A stretch of 64,000 nucleotides of DNA from Candidatus Hydrogenedentota bacterium (GTDB lineage: Bacteria; Hydrogenedentota; Hydrogenedentia; Hydrogenedentales; JAEUWI01), in the NCBI GenBank assembly GCA_034669905.1, contig JAXMOL010000001.1:224001-288000 (forward strand), written 5' to 3'. Under the pieces are notes generated by a model. It ran no database searches and was not told the origin of the DNA. It saw only the letters and a list, made by a program, of their open reading frames with translations. The translations under genes were made by a program, and so were the position numbers. This document shows, piece by piece, positions 37,506 to 47,234 of the stretch. Position 1 is the stretch's first letter. Every line of letters starts with the position of its first letter.

Positions 37506-38186
37506 ATGCCGGTTTCTATGGGCCCCGCCCCCCGTTATCTGGAAGAATTACGCCTCGGTGGAGGCTACGACAGCCAACCCGATGGCGGCTGCGACTTTGA
37601 CCACGCTGGAAATATTCAAGGCAACGGCAGCCTGGAGATGGACGGCAGCGGTAGCTTTGGCGGCGATGTGGCCGTCGGCGGCGACTTTGAAGTGGACGGC
37701 GTGGACACCACGTGGAGCGTTTACCTACCCGCGACGCTGGGCATCCCCGACCCCTCCCTTCCCTGCGGCACTATGACCGTGACCAATTGGCGGAACTACC
37801 AGGTCGTCACCCCCAGTCTCGCCTTCGACCCCACCAACCCCGAAGCCGCGTTTTTTCAATGTCGCCTCCCCGAAAACTACGACGGACGCCCCTTAAAATT
37901 CACCCTCCAATGGAGCGCCACCACCGGCACCAGTGGTGACGTGCGGTGGGGGGTATTGCCCATTGCATTCACCGATGGTAGCTCGCTCACAAACGTGGGG
38001 GGCACGACCTATACCATAGACAGTTTCAATACGGCGAGCCATCTCCACACATGTGTAATAGAAGCGATGCCTACCTCGCCGACTGAATTGGCCATGATGA
38101 CGGTCAGAGTGGTGAGGTTAAGTAATGATGTGTCGGACACGTTCGGAACCGACGCACTCTTGTTAGGAGTCGGAGTTTCCATCTAG
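37506..38186 (+). CDS. Hypothetical beta-rich protein, possibly of phage-structural type
   Basis: Good RBS; Gly-rich N-terminal part; FDPTNPEAAFFQCRLPENYDG..FTLQWSATTGTSGDVRWGV. Codon usage shifts towards A/T-ending codons in the last third. Confidence 0.7.
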   Translation: MPVSMGPAPRYLEELRLGGGYDSQPDGGCDFDHAGNIQGNGSLEMDGSGSFGGDVAVGGDFEVDGVDTTWSVYLPATLGIPDPSLPCGTMTVTNWRNYQVVTPSLAFDPTNPEAAFFQCRLPENYDGRPLKFTLQWSATTGTSGDVRWGVLPIAFTDGSSLTNVGGTTYTIDSFNTASHLHTCVIEAMPTSPTELAMMTVRVVRLSNDVSDTFGTDALLLGVGVSI

Positions 38187-38192
38187 ATCGCG

Positions 38193-38969
38193 CTATCTCA
38201 ACGTCCCGCTGGCCCTCCAGCTAACGCCACGGTAGTGGTCAATATACACGTCTGTAAACTGCGCCTCTGAAAACCATTGCGTCACACGTCTCTTGTCTAT
38301 GAAATCAACTTGCGGTGCATTGAGCTTATCGAAAACATTAAGCAAATTACGTTCGAACGAAAGTTTCCGGAAGTTTTCAAAATAGGAGAAGTACGGTAAA
38401 AAGGAAAGTGGAAACCGGTAAATCGTATAGACTGGAACGTACATTCCGATTGTCAACACTTGAGATATCAGCTTTAGGGTTGCGGTGCTGGAGCGAGCCA
38501 AAAACCTCGCTCTAAATCGCTCAACTATATTCTTCGCTATCCAGTTACCTTCAAGGCTGTAGACCCAAACAATCATCCGACCACCTGGCGATAGGTGTTT
38601 CTTCATGTTCTCGACAGTCGAATCTGGTTTATCGGTGTGATGAATTACACCGATAGAGAATACGATATCGAACTTCCTATCGAGATCCATCGTCGCGACA
38701 TCTTCTTCTAGGAACTCAATATTGTCGGCATCTCTATTGCGTTGACGTGCCACCTCTGTTGCGTTGAGATCTACTGCCAACACGCTCTTCGCATGCGGGG
38801 CAATGAATGACGTATGCTGCCCCCCTCCGCAGCCGCATTCGAGTACATCTTTCCCTTCGAAAAAGGTGAGCGAATTGGGGTATATCCAGTCTTCAAACAA
38901 GAAACGTTCGTTGTCAGTGAATTCAGTCCACTGTTCTTTCCACTGGATCTGTTGCTCCTGCCTGTTCAT
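38193..38969 (-). CDS. Class I SAM-dependent methyltransferase (AT-rich islet)
   Basis: VLECGCGGG; FDIVFSIGVIHHT; LSPGG; GAGGAG RBS before the ATG at 38969. Confidence 0.9.
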   Translation of the reverse strand: MNRQEQQIQWKEQWTEFTDNERFLFEDWIYPNSLTFFEGKDVLECGCGGGQHTSFIAPHAKSVLAVDLNATEVARQRNRDADNIEFLEEDVATMDLDRKFDIVFSIGVIHHTDKPDSTVENMKKHLSPGGRMIVWVYSLEGNWIAKNIVERFRARFLARSSTATLKLISQVLTIGMYVPVYTIYRFPLSFLPYFSYFENFRKLSFERNLLNVFDKLNAPQVDFIDKRRVTQWFSEAQFTDVYIDHYRGVSWRASGTLR

Positions 38970-38970
38970 A

Positions 38971-39612
38971 TCACTCCTCAATCTGGAATTCAGATTTACG
39001 GTATCTGGAGACAAAATGGAGATTGCGGTCGAAGAGCCAGGAAAACGGATATGGATAGAGTCCCAGGCGGTTGACCGTCATTTCCAAGCGCAAGCCAACG
39101 GCCTCCACCGCGTCGCACCACTCTCCAGTTGAATAATAATTGTATGACAATCCAACACCGTGCCCCCGATTACCAACCCAATCCATCAAACACAAGGTAA
39201 AGTGGTCAATTAGCGAGTTGGAGAGGTGGTCTTTCAGGACTACACCAAACCTTGAGACTCTGGTCATCTCACGGAGCAGTTCAACAGGTTCATCGCAATG
39301 GTGCAAGACGTCGCAAGCCATACAGAAGTCCCACTCTTCATCAGCAAAAGGTATGGAATGTCCGTCAAATTTGGTGGTCTCAATTGCTTGCTCTGGCCAT
39401 AGCAGTACATCCACTCCCACCATTCGAATGTCGGGCCTCTTTTTCATAATCAAGCTAGCAAGTTGACCATTCCCTGAACCCACGTCTAAAACGCTGACAT
39501 TCTCTGGAAAAAACTCGACTAGATGGCTGGCTAGCCTAGGAATTCTACGTGCCATCACGGTGGAACTATGAATCTGCCCTAGGGTTGATGTCCACAACTT
39601 AGTCCCGATCAT
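38971..39612 (-). CDS. Class I SAM-dependent methyltransferase (AT-rich islet)
   Basis: VLDVGSGNG; IPFADEEWD; DVLHH; LKDH. Confidence 0.9.
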   Translation of the reverse strand: MIGTKLWTSTLGQIHSSTVMARRIPRLASHLVEFFPENVSVLDVGSGNGQLASLIMKKRPDIRMVGVDVLLWPEQAIETTKFDGHSIPFADEEWDFCMACDVLHHCDEPVELLREMTRVSRFGVVLKDHLSNSLIDHFTLCLMDWVGNRGHGVGLSYNYYSTGEWCDAVEAVGLRLEMTVNRLGLYPYPFSWLFDRNLHFVSRYRKSEFQIEE

Positions 39613-39854
39613 GTCAAAAATCTTTCACCTTGGACGAAGAAAGAACGGTCAGGATGTGACCGCGTCAACTACAGCTATCCGAAACATGCTACATGAAAAA
39701 CCTATTTCAAAAAAATCTGTCGAAAAACATCCCTCAATCTCTACCCACCTTATTACCTCGGCCTGCTTGACCGAAGGCTTCATTTTCTCTCGGTATTGTC
39801 CAAGACGGGGACCGCGACGACCGGGTAGCCCCGTACCGAAGCGCATGACAACGA

Positions 39855-39884
39855 AACGGCCCCGGGATGTCTTCCGGGGCCGTT
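39855..39884. terminator. Terminator-like hairpin downstream of the DapA-family gene
   Basis: aacggccccggga-tgtc-ttccggggccgtt. Confidence 0.65.
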
Positions 39885-39912
39885 GCGTTATTTTCGTGAT
39901 TCCATCGCAGGA

Positions 39913-40887
39913 TTAGTATTTTGCGAGGACGCTTTCCAATTGGGTCTTATAGGCGGCGTAGTCCGCGTCGGTCAGGGGGGTGGGATCCTGGCCGTAGGGA
40001 TTGGGATTCATGGAGCGGAAGTAGGGCTTGACCGCAAATCCCTTTTCGGTGGCATAGCGCTTGTAGAAGTCGACGGGGTTGCCGCAACCATAGACCAGGG
40101 CGTTGGTGTCTTCCTGGGCTTGGAGGGCCGCCGCGCGGTCCCCGTTGTCGTAGGCGGTCTGGATGGCGTTGATGACCTTGGGGTTCACCGAGGAACCCTG
40201 GCCGATAACCGCCGCGGCGCCCGCATAAAGGCCCGCATAGAAGGCTGTCTCGCAACCGACGATATAGCTGAACTCTTTGTCGCGGGTTGCGTGGGTCAGG
40301 TTAAAGATGATTTCGGCGTCGGGCGTGGAAACCTTGGCACCGCAGAGGTTGTCGATGTCCGCGAGCTTGGCGAGGAGGTCCCCCGTGAGGTGGTACTCGG
40401 CCTTGGAGCCCGGCGGCTGGTAGATGTAAAGGGGAATATCGATGGCTTCGCACATGGTGCCAAAGTAATCGAGAAAGAGCTCTTCTTTGCTGGCGCCATT
40501 AAATTCGAGGGCTTCCGGCACCGTGTGCACCACACCGGCGGCGCCCACCTCCTGGGCAAACTTACCGAGTTCCACGCCCTGCTTGATGAATTCTTCGGGA
40601 TTCGGGCGCTTGGTGTAGTCCCGGTTCCACTCGCCGTTACAGCCGAGGAGAACGGGGGTCTTTCCGTTGAGGTGACCACATACGTTGGTGGCCAGCTGCT
40701 TCACATCATCCACGGAGAAGGCATACATCTGGCCCATCCCGGCGCGGATGAAATAGGCGCTGACGCCCCCCTGCTGCTCCATAAAATCGATGAGGTTGCG
40801 CTGGCCGGCGTCGTCCAGGCTGCCGTCTTCGTTAAATGCGGTAAACGTGGGCGCAATGCTGCCACGGATGTGATCAGGTACGTTCAT
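39913..40887 (-). CDS. Dihydrodipicolinate synthase/N-acetylneuraminate lyase (DapA-like) family aldolase
   Basis: IAPTFTAFNEDGSLD N-terminus; catalytic Tyr (YIYQPP) and Schiff-base Lys (GAKVS) in the expected positions. Confidence 0.8.
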   Translation of the reverse strand: MNVPDHIRGSIAPTFTAFNEDGSLDDAGQRNLIDFMEQQGGVSAYFIRAGMGQMYAFSVDDVKQLATNVCGHLNGKTPVLLGCNGEWNRDYTKRPNPEEFIKQGVELGKFAQEVGAAGVVHTVPEALEFNGASKEELFLDYFGTMCEAIDIPLYIYQPPGSKAEYHLTGDLLAKLADIDNLCGAKVSTPDAEIIFNLTHATRDKEFSYIVGCETAFYAGLYAGAAAVIGQGSSVNPKVINAIQTAYDNGDRAAALQAQEDTNALVYGCGNPVDFYKRYATEKGFAVKPYFRSMNPNPYGQDPTPLTDADYAAYKTQLESVLAKY

Positions 40888-41090
40888 GATTGCTCTCTAC
40901 CTCTTCTGAAAAATGGCGGAAGCCCACATTGACGGAGCGCGGGCCGGGTTGCCCAGTATGCCACAGGAAATGGCAACACTGCATATTTCTCCATGGTCTC
41001 AGAGCGCCATCGGGGGCGCCATCCCGGTCGGAATCGTGTGGGCCGGGAGAAATAGTTGACCCGTGTGAGACATTTTTTTCGGTCGGAAGC

Positions 41091-41120
41091 TTGAAGCACC
41101 CGCTTTTTTTATGTTAGTAT
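41091..41120 (+). promoter_or_regulatory. Putative sigma70 promoter of the tRNA
   Basis: TTGAAG-N18-TAGTAT with TG extension, about 24 nt before the tRNA. Confidence 0.45.
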
Positions 41121-41143
41121 TTCCTTGCTTTGACGCAAGCTGC

Positions 41144-41220
41144 GTACCCGTAGCTCAATTGGATAGAGCACCTGACTACGGATCAGGAGGTTATGGGTTC
41201 GACTCCTATCGGGTACGCCA
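41144..41220 (+). tRNA. tRNA-Arg (anticodon ACG)
   Basis: Acceptor stem GTACCCG/CGGGTAC; D-arm AGCTCAATTGGATAGAGC; anticodon arm CCTGA-CTACGGA-TCAGG; GGTTCGACT T-loop; encoded CCA. Confidence 0.97.
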
Positions 41221-41523
41221 TTTTTTTGCTTCTCTCAAGTAACCCAGCGGTTCAGCATAGTGGTTACTTTTTTCTTTTAGGCCGCCTCCATTCGCGAGGC
41301 GGCCTTCTCTTTTTCCCGCCCATTCCATGGCTGCTCCGTTCCTCCCCGACCGTTTGTAAAGAGTTAATTCATAACGGTTTCTACACAAAAACTTCACACC
41401 CCAAAACCCAAACTACATGGTATACTTTTTTTGGCCATAAGGTGGTCAAAAGGGCAGTGCTTGTGCGAAGTGAGTTGATGCGCTGGCAGCGACGCATTGC
41501 AGTACTACACGGAGGTTTGCGTC

Positions 41524-41712
41524 ATGGAAATCTATGGAATCCCAGAAGACCCGTCTCTCATCACCCATTCCCGGGTACGTGCCTGGTGGCTCCACTCCTT
41601 GTGGGGATATCGGGTGCTCGATATACGCCGTCACCCCAAGGCCGGGTGGTTTGGTCGCTTGTCGTATGATGAGGCCATCCGCATGATTCCGAACAAGTCG
41701 GAGCTGAATTAA
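41524..41712 (+). CDS. Small hypothetical protein (62 aa)
   Basis: GGAGG RBS 8 nt before the ATG; the ORF ends 7 nt from the stop of the convergent gene. Confidence 0.55.
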   Translation: MEIYGIPEDPSLITHSRVRAWWLHSLWGYRVLDIRRHPKAGWFGRLSYDEAIRMIPNKSELN

Positions 41713-41719
41713 GACCGGT

Positions 41720-43600
41720 TCAGAATCGGGAGGGGTCGACGAGGAACACCGCCCCGTTGCCATCGGTGGCAATGGGCGCGAGCCAGTCGGCTGTACGGAG
41801 TTCCGCCAATACCCCCGCATCCACGGGGCAGGTGGCAGGGCAGTAGACGTATTCGACGCACCACTCGGCGACGAATGCCTGTCGTGATTCCATATCCCCT
41901 TCTGGACTGAAGAACCGGTTGACCGCCTCTTGCAATGGGCCCAGGCGCTGATCGCCGAGGTTCATGGCCCCCGGTCCACCTAAGATCTGATAGTCCCCCT
42001 GATGCACGAGGATTTCGCCAAAGGCGATGGGGGACCAGGAAGGGACCGCCACGGTGCCGGGCGGCAGGTGGCGTATAAGCCGTGTATCCGCCTCATCCAT
42101 GTATTCATAGTGGAGCCAGGCAAAGGGGCCTTTTCCCGGTTCATGGCCCAGGGGCCCCTGAAACCAGAGGGCCGCGACGGTGTTGGACAGCACCCCTCCA
42201 CCCAGCAACAACACCAGCCACACCCGCCGCCAAGGTCCCTTCATCTGCTGCAATCCCACGGCCGTCATCAAGGCGAGCGGCACCCCCATCAATACCATGA
42301 GCCGTTGGGGACTGAAGCGCAGAAACCACCCCTGCCCCAGGGCGAGTAGGGACACCACCAGCACTCCCACCAGCCAAAGCAGTATCCAGCGATGGGGACT
42401 CTCCGCCCCACCGTCGTTGGCTTTACCCGTAACCCGGTGAAGCAGCACGTAGAGGGGCAGCAGGGTCACGAGGGCGCCGTCACTCGCCACTATGGCGGCA
42501 TTCATGTCTCCCCCGGCCCGGAAATTTCCAAACCACAGCTGATGCCCCAGATAGAGGAGGGTGTAACCGAGCAGGTAGGCGCCCAGGGCGGTAAGGCAAC
42601 GCAGCAACGGGGTGGCCATGCCTGCGCGCACCCGACCCACGGCCACGGCCACGGCGGGCCAGTGAAACACGGTGCCAAAGAGCAGGGGCAAGAGGAGCAC
42701 ACAGTTGGGGGTGATATCGGCCACATTGACCCCATAGTTTGGATGCTGCCAGAGCAGGGCGATAAAGATCGCCGACCCCACGACGACAGGCAGGGCCGTT
42801 GCCACCATGAGTTTGAGTCGGAAGGCCCATTCATTCTTGCTGCCTGCCGCAAGATAGAGGGCACCCAAGGCCCAAAACAGGGGGCCAAGCCGCAGATTCA
42901 GCACGGCGGCAACAAAGAGCAGAAACCCCGTGAAAAATAAATGGCCGGGACAGCGGCACCGGTCGGTTTCCACGAGGGCGGTGAGGGCCGCGAAGCCGAG
43001 GGCCAGTGGAAGGGTGTAGTAAAAGCGGGGCATCAGCAGTGCGGGCGCGAGGTGCTGCCCTTCGATGAGTTCGTATTGGGCGAAGCGGTAAAACCAGACT
43101 TCAAAGGCGGGGTCATGGAGTGCCCCCTGCGCCCAGGCCCCCAGGAACACCAGGCCCCCGACACCACCGGCCAGGGCATAGAGGTAAAAGGCCAGCGTCG
43201 CCTCCCGGGGGGCGACGCGCTGGAAGAAGCGGTAGACATTCCATAAAAGCAGAAAGCCGCCCAGTCCATTCGCGAGTCCGAGGAACAAGAAGGGCGCCAC
43301 GCCGAGCATGCGCCCGAATTCACCCAGCAGGCCGTAGAGTAAAAAAATGGGTACGGAAAAATAGCCGAAGTCACGCGGCCCCGCTTCGGCCTTGCACGTG
43401 GCGAAGGGCGACGCGAAACCGGTGGCGAAACTCTCCATGGCGATGAGGTGGTGGCTGCTGTCACCCGTGTGCACCCCCGTGGGCACCGCACCAGATGGTG
43501 TCGCCTGTAGAATCCAAAGGTGGGTCAGGGGTTCCAAGAGGGCCAACAGCACCATGACGCCATAGGGCAGCAGGGCTTTCCACGAGAACCGCTCAGACAT
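41720..43600 (-). CDS. Large polytopic membrane protein (putative GT-C glycosyltransferase), paralog A
   Basis: Many TM segments; shares EPLTH.W, G.H.GD, RFA.YELIEG, PR.YYTLPL, FQGPLGH.PG and WCV.Y.YCPAT.PV with the neighbouring gene. Confidence 0.7.
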   Translation of the reverse strand: MSERFSWKALLPYGVMVLLALLEPLTHLWILQATPSGAVPTGVHTGDSSHHLIAMESFATGFASPFATCKAEAGPRDFGYFSVPIFLLYGLLGEFGRMLGVAPFLFLGLANGLGGFLLLWNVYRFFQRVAPREATLAFYLYALAGGVGGLVFLGAWAQGALHDPAFEVWFYRFAQYELIEGQHLAPALLMPRFYYTLPLALGFAALTALVETDRCRCPGHLFFTGFLLFVAAVLNLRLGPLFWALGALYLAAGSKNEWAFRLKLMVATALPVVVGSAIFIALLWQHPNYGVNVADITPNCVLLLPLLFGTVFHWPAVAVAVGRVRAGMATPLLRCLTALGAYLLGYTLLYLGHQLWFGNFRAGGDMNAAIVASDGALVTLLPLYVLLHRVTGKANDGGAESPHRWILLWLVGVLVVSLLALGQGWFLRFSPQRLMVLMGVPLALMTAVGLQQMKGPWRRVWLVLLLGGGVLSNTVAALWFQGPLGHEPGKGPFAWLHYEYMDEADTRLIRHLPPGTVAVPSWSPIAFGEILVHQGDYQILGGPGAMNLGDQRLGPLQEAVNRFFSPEGDMESRQAFVAEWCVEYVYCPATCPVDAGVLAELRTADWLAPIATDGNGAVFLVDPSRF

Positions 43601-45488
43601 GCCCAAGAGGCCCTTCGGGAAGGTTCACCCGATAGATGACAGCGTCGCCTTCCCAATCCACGGGGATAAGCCAGTGCGACCGATTAAATTGGTCGATCAC
43701 CTCGGGGGCGACCGGACGGGTGGCGGGGCAATAGATGTAGTCTACACACCAGCCGGCCACGAAGGCCCGGCGCACCACGTCGGTGGTGGCGGGATCGAAG
43801 AACTCCTGCACCTTACGGGCCATGGTCAGCATATTCACATCGCTGAATTCGAGACTGGGCTGTCCAAAGACCGTACGCGCATGGGGACGGCGCACGACGA
43901 TCACGTCGCCCAACAAGGGCGGTTCCGAGGCGGGGGCAAGTACCGTGCCGCCCTCGATACGGTCGATAAGGGCGATGTCGTCGGGCAGAACCAGTTCGCT
44001 GTGGACCCAGCCAAAGGGCGAGGTGCCCGGAGTATGGCCCAGGGGGCCTTGAAAGCAGAGGGTAGACACGCCCAGGGAACAGAGGCCACACACGACAATC
44101 CAGCCCGTATAGGCGGTGGTCAGTCTGGGCAGGCGCGCGCGAAGCATGTGCAGGCCTTCGGCGGCGAGGAGGGCCATAGGCGCGCCCAACACGATGAGGC
44201 AGCGCTCGGGCATAAGCCGCAGGAACCAACCATTCCCAAATGCCGAAATCGCCAGGCAAGCCAGCCCCAAGAACCAGAGGGCAACCCAGCTTTCCGTGGC
44301 GGCCAGGGGGTTGCTGTCTGCCTTGCGAAAGAGCACGATGCTCCCCGGGATGATGCCCAACAGGGCCCAGTCACTGATAGCGATGGCGGCCGCCGTTTCA
44401 CCACCGGAAAGAAAATTCCCATACCAAACCTGATGGGCCACGTAGAGCGCAGCGAAGGTGAAACCATAGCCCGCCCCCCAACCGAGGAGGAGCCGTCCGC
44501 TCCAGGGTAGTTTCCCGAGATGCTTCCAGAGCGCTACGAGCACCGGGGGCCAGAGCCAGAGGGTGGCGGTGATGAGGGAGCCGAACCACGCGCTGCGGCG
44601 GAGCAACTCGGAAAAGTTTTCGGCACCGGTCACGTTGAGTCCAAAGAGGGCCTGCATCACCAGGGTAGCCACCACGGTCGGTACGAGGTAGTAGATCACG
44701 TAGCGAAGTTTCTGCTTCCATGGCAGGCCCGGCTGGACGAGCATGAAGCAGGCGGCCACGCCCCAGAGGAGCAGACCGACCCGGGCATTCAGATAGGTCG
44801 TGAGCAGTTGGAGCAGGATAGCCCCCATGGACGGCATGGAAAGTCCCCGACTCATGGAGCCAATATAGGCGACCAGGGCCGCGAAGCCAATGCCGAGGGG
44901 CAGGGTGTAATAGAGCCGCGGCAGGACCAGCACGGGGGACAGAAAGGGGCCTTCGATCAGTTCATAGCGGGCGAAGCGATGAAACCAGGTTTCAAAATCG
45001 GCGGTATCACTTACCCCCCACGCCCAACTGGCGAGCCAGACCATGCCCCCCAGACCGCCACTGAGGGTGAAGAGCAGGAAGGCCAGGGACGCACGCTCTG
45101 GGGCAACGACGCGAAAGAAGCGCCACACCATGGCGAGAAAAAAGGCGGCAGCGAATCCATTTGCAATCCCCAGGGTCAGAAAGGGGGCCAGTCCCACGAG
45201 CCGCCCCACCCAACCAATGGCGGCGTAGAGCCAATGGTGCGGCAGGGCAAAGAGCGCGGGGTCCCGTCGTGCATCTTCCGTATCGCAGGCGAGATAGGGC
45301 GAGTAGAATCCGTTCCCGAAGACTTCCATATCGGTGGTAAAAAAAGGTGTGTCACCAATGTGAAAGCCCGAGTGGGCCACATCCTCCCCCAGGCCGTGGG
45401 CCAGCCACACATGGGTCAGGGGCTCGATAAGGGCGAATGCGACGATAATACCGACAATCCACCAGGGAGTCTTCGCACTATAGGCCAC
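43593..45488 (-). CDS. Large polytopic membrane protein (putative GT-C glycosyltransferase), paralog B
   Basis: GTG start at 45488 after GAGGAG; same motifs as paralog A; overlaps both neighbours. Confidence 0.7.
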   Translation of the reverse strand: MAYSAKTPWWIVGIIVAFALIEPLTHVWLAHGLGEDVAHSGFHIGDTPFFTTDMEVFGNGFYSPYLACDTEDARRDPALFALPHHWLYAAIGWVGRLVGLAPFLTLGIANGFAAAFFLAMVWRFFRVVAPERASLAFLLFTLSGGLGGMVWLASWAWGVSDTADFETWFHRFARYELIEGPFLSPVLVLPRLYYTLPLGIGFAALVAYIGSMSRGLSMPSMGAILLQLLTTYLNARVGLLLWGVAACFMLVQPGLPWKQKLRYVIYYLVPTVVATLVMQALFGLNVTGAENFSELLRRSAWFGSLITATLWLWPPVLVALWKHLGKLPWSGRLLLGWGAGYGFTFAALYVAHQVWYGNFLSGGETAAAIAISDWALLGIIPGSIVLFRKADSNPLAATESWVALWFLGLACLAISAFGNGWFLRLMPERCLIVLGAPMALLAAEGLHMLRARLPRLTTAYTGWIVVCGLCSLGVSTLCFQGPLGHTPGTSPFGWVHSELVLPDDIALIDRIEGGTVLAPASEPPLLGDVIVVRRPHARTVFGQPSLEFSDVNMLTMARKVQEFFDPATTDVVRRAFVAGWCVDYIYCPATRPVAPEVIDQFNRSHWLIPVDWEGDAVIYRVNLPEGPLGHV

Positions 45489-46470
45489 GAATATCGTCTC
45501 CTCGTTCCAGCAGGGCCTGCATGGCATCGTCCCCAAGCGTTCGCCGGGCACCCAAGGCACGTCGGGCCCGAATAGCGGCGGGCATACGGCGCATCAGGCC
45601 GCCCCACGCAGACAGGGTTACCACCAGGGCCGCCGCAGCACCCCATTCATTCCGGGCCACGGAAAAAAGCCGTGCCCACTGGTGGCACCGTTCTTTCAGC
45701 AGGGCCCGTCGGTTTCGCCACAGCAGTCTCCAGGTGAAATTCTTCCACACCAGCAGGGCGTGATTCTGAAAGCACTGTCGGGTACGCCACCAGATTCGCC
45801 CCTGAATACTGGCACTGCCCACGTGGAAGGCCACGGCGTCGGGAACGAGCGCGGCTTCATGGCCCGCCCACCGGGCCCGAAAACACCAGTCGGCATCCTC
45901 AAAATAAGCCACAAAGGTGTTGTCCAGCAACCCGATCGCTTCCAACATATCGCGACGAAAGAGGCCATAACCGCCGGAAATTCCGAAGGGCGGCGCGAAC
46001 TCGGTCACCGCCTCGCGGGAACATTTGTAGGCCAGACTGACGGGACGTCCATTCACCCCGATGCGGTCCCCCGCGCTGTAGATCAGTTGGGGGTCTTCGG
46101 TCCAGAGCACCAGCGGACAAATCATGCCATACCTTCCCTCACGGGCACATGCCAGGAGTTTCTCAATACACTGCGCTTCCAGTGTAACATCGTTATTGAG
46201 CAGGAACACCCAGGGGGCCCGGGCCATCACCAACCCCTGGTTGGCCGTGGGCGCGAACCCCCGATTCACCGGGGACACCACGCACTTCACGTGGGGATAG
46301 GCTTCCGCCAGCCGGGCCGGCGTATCGTCCGTTGAGCCATCGTCCACCACGATGATCTCCATGTCCTGATGGGTCTGCCTGGCGAGGGACTGGAGGCAGG
46401 CTTCGAGCAGCTCCCAGCCATTCCACGTGGGGATCACGACCGAAAGTTCGGGTACGGTAGGGGCGCTCAT
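45478..46470 (-). CDS. GT2 family glycosyltransferase (WbbL/rhamnosyltransferase-like)
   Basis: VVIPTWN, VVDDGSTD, NRGFA, LLNND and YFEDADWC motifs. Confidence 0.92.
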   Translation of the reverse strand: MSAPTVPELSVVIPTWNGWELLEACLQSLARQTHQDMEIIVVDDGSTDDTPARLAEAYPHVKCVVSPVNRGFAPTANQGLVMARAPWVFLLNNDVTLEAQCIEKLLACAREGRYGMICPLVLWTEDPQLIYSAGDRIGVNGRPVSLAYKCSREAVTEFAPPFGISGGYGLFRRDMLEAIGLLDNTFVAYFEDADWCFRARWAGHEAALVPDAVAFHVGSASIQGRIWWRTRQCFQNHALLVWKNFTWRLLWRNRRALLKERCHQWARLFSVARNEWGAAAALVVTLSAWGGLMRRMPAAIRARRALGARRTLGDDAMQALLERGDDIRGL

Positions 46471-47234
46471 CGGCCACGTTCCCGGGGGCTAATCCAGAGG
46501 AGGGCCCGGTAGCAGGTACCGAAGTGGAGACGGGACAGCACGGGCACCGACCAGCGCAACAAGACCTGGGTGATCGCATTGCCGCGTCCCGGCCAATTGC
46601 ACATGAGGATGCGCCACATGCCTTCCCAGGCCCAGAGACTGGCATTGCCACTCCGGGTAATCTGGTAGTCCTCCCCCGCCTTGGCCTGAAGGTCGCGGGC
46701 CACTTCGGTGCCATCGGGAAGTCCCTGATCGACGTGTTCCTCGAGCCAGCGAATGGTGCCCCCGCACAGGTCGTGGTAGGCCGTGCGAATCCGGGTCTCG
46801 GCTTCGCTGGACGCCGCACCTGACGGAAAGCCTATGGCCCCCACGCCGTCGGGTTTCAGCACCCGCAGAATTTCCCCATTGGCCGTCTCCCGGTGGGGCC
46901 GGGCGATGTGTTCGTAGGTATCCATACACACCACGGCATCGAAGGTACCCTCCGCAAAGGGCAGGGCCCCGATGTCGGCCACGACCGGCAACACCTTTTG
47001 GGTGTCGCGGGCCGCCTTCAGGTGCTCGGCGGCAATATCGATGGCAATGACCTGGGCCCCCGTAAATCGGGCCAGGCCATTCTCATTGGCCCCCACTTCG
47101 AGGAGGCACTGCGCCTTCCAGGGGCGATTGGGGAATCGGCGCAGCACCGGCAGGTAGCGCAAGGCCCAGTCCGGATAACCCCGGCCATCTTTCTCGGCGT
47201 AGTCACGCAGTCGGCGGCTCAGTTCACGCAGCAT
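46467..47234 (-). CDS. Class I SAM-dependent methyltransferase in the glycan operon
   Basis: LLEVGA; LPFAEGTFDAV; EHI; RVLKPDG. Confidence 0.85.
   Translation of the reverse strand: MLRELSRRLRDYAEKDGRGYPDWALRYLPVLRRFPNRPWKAQCLLEVGANENGLARFTGAQVIAIDIAAEHLKAARDTQKVLPVVADIGALPFAEGTFDAVVCMDTYEHIARPHRETANGEILRVLKPDGVGAIGFPSGAASSEAETRIRTAYHDLCGGTIRWLEEHVDQGLPDGTEVARDLQAKAGEDYQITRSGNASLWAWEGMWRILMCNWPGRGNAITQVLLRWSVPVLSRLHFGTCYRALLWISPRERGR

Noticed and set aside
37506..39612. Diversity-generating retroelement or restriction-modification explanation for the variable gene end and the methyltransferases
   Set aside because: No reverse transcriptase or template repeat is present, and the methyltransferases lack DNA-methylase catalytic motifs (DPPY/NPPY/PC).
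41144..41720. Prophage or integrative element at tRNA-Arg
   Set aside because: No integrase, phage genes or duplicated tRNA 3' end (att site) seen in the window.
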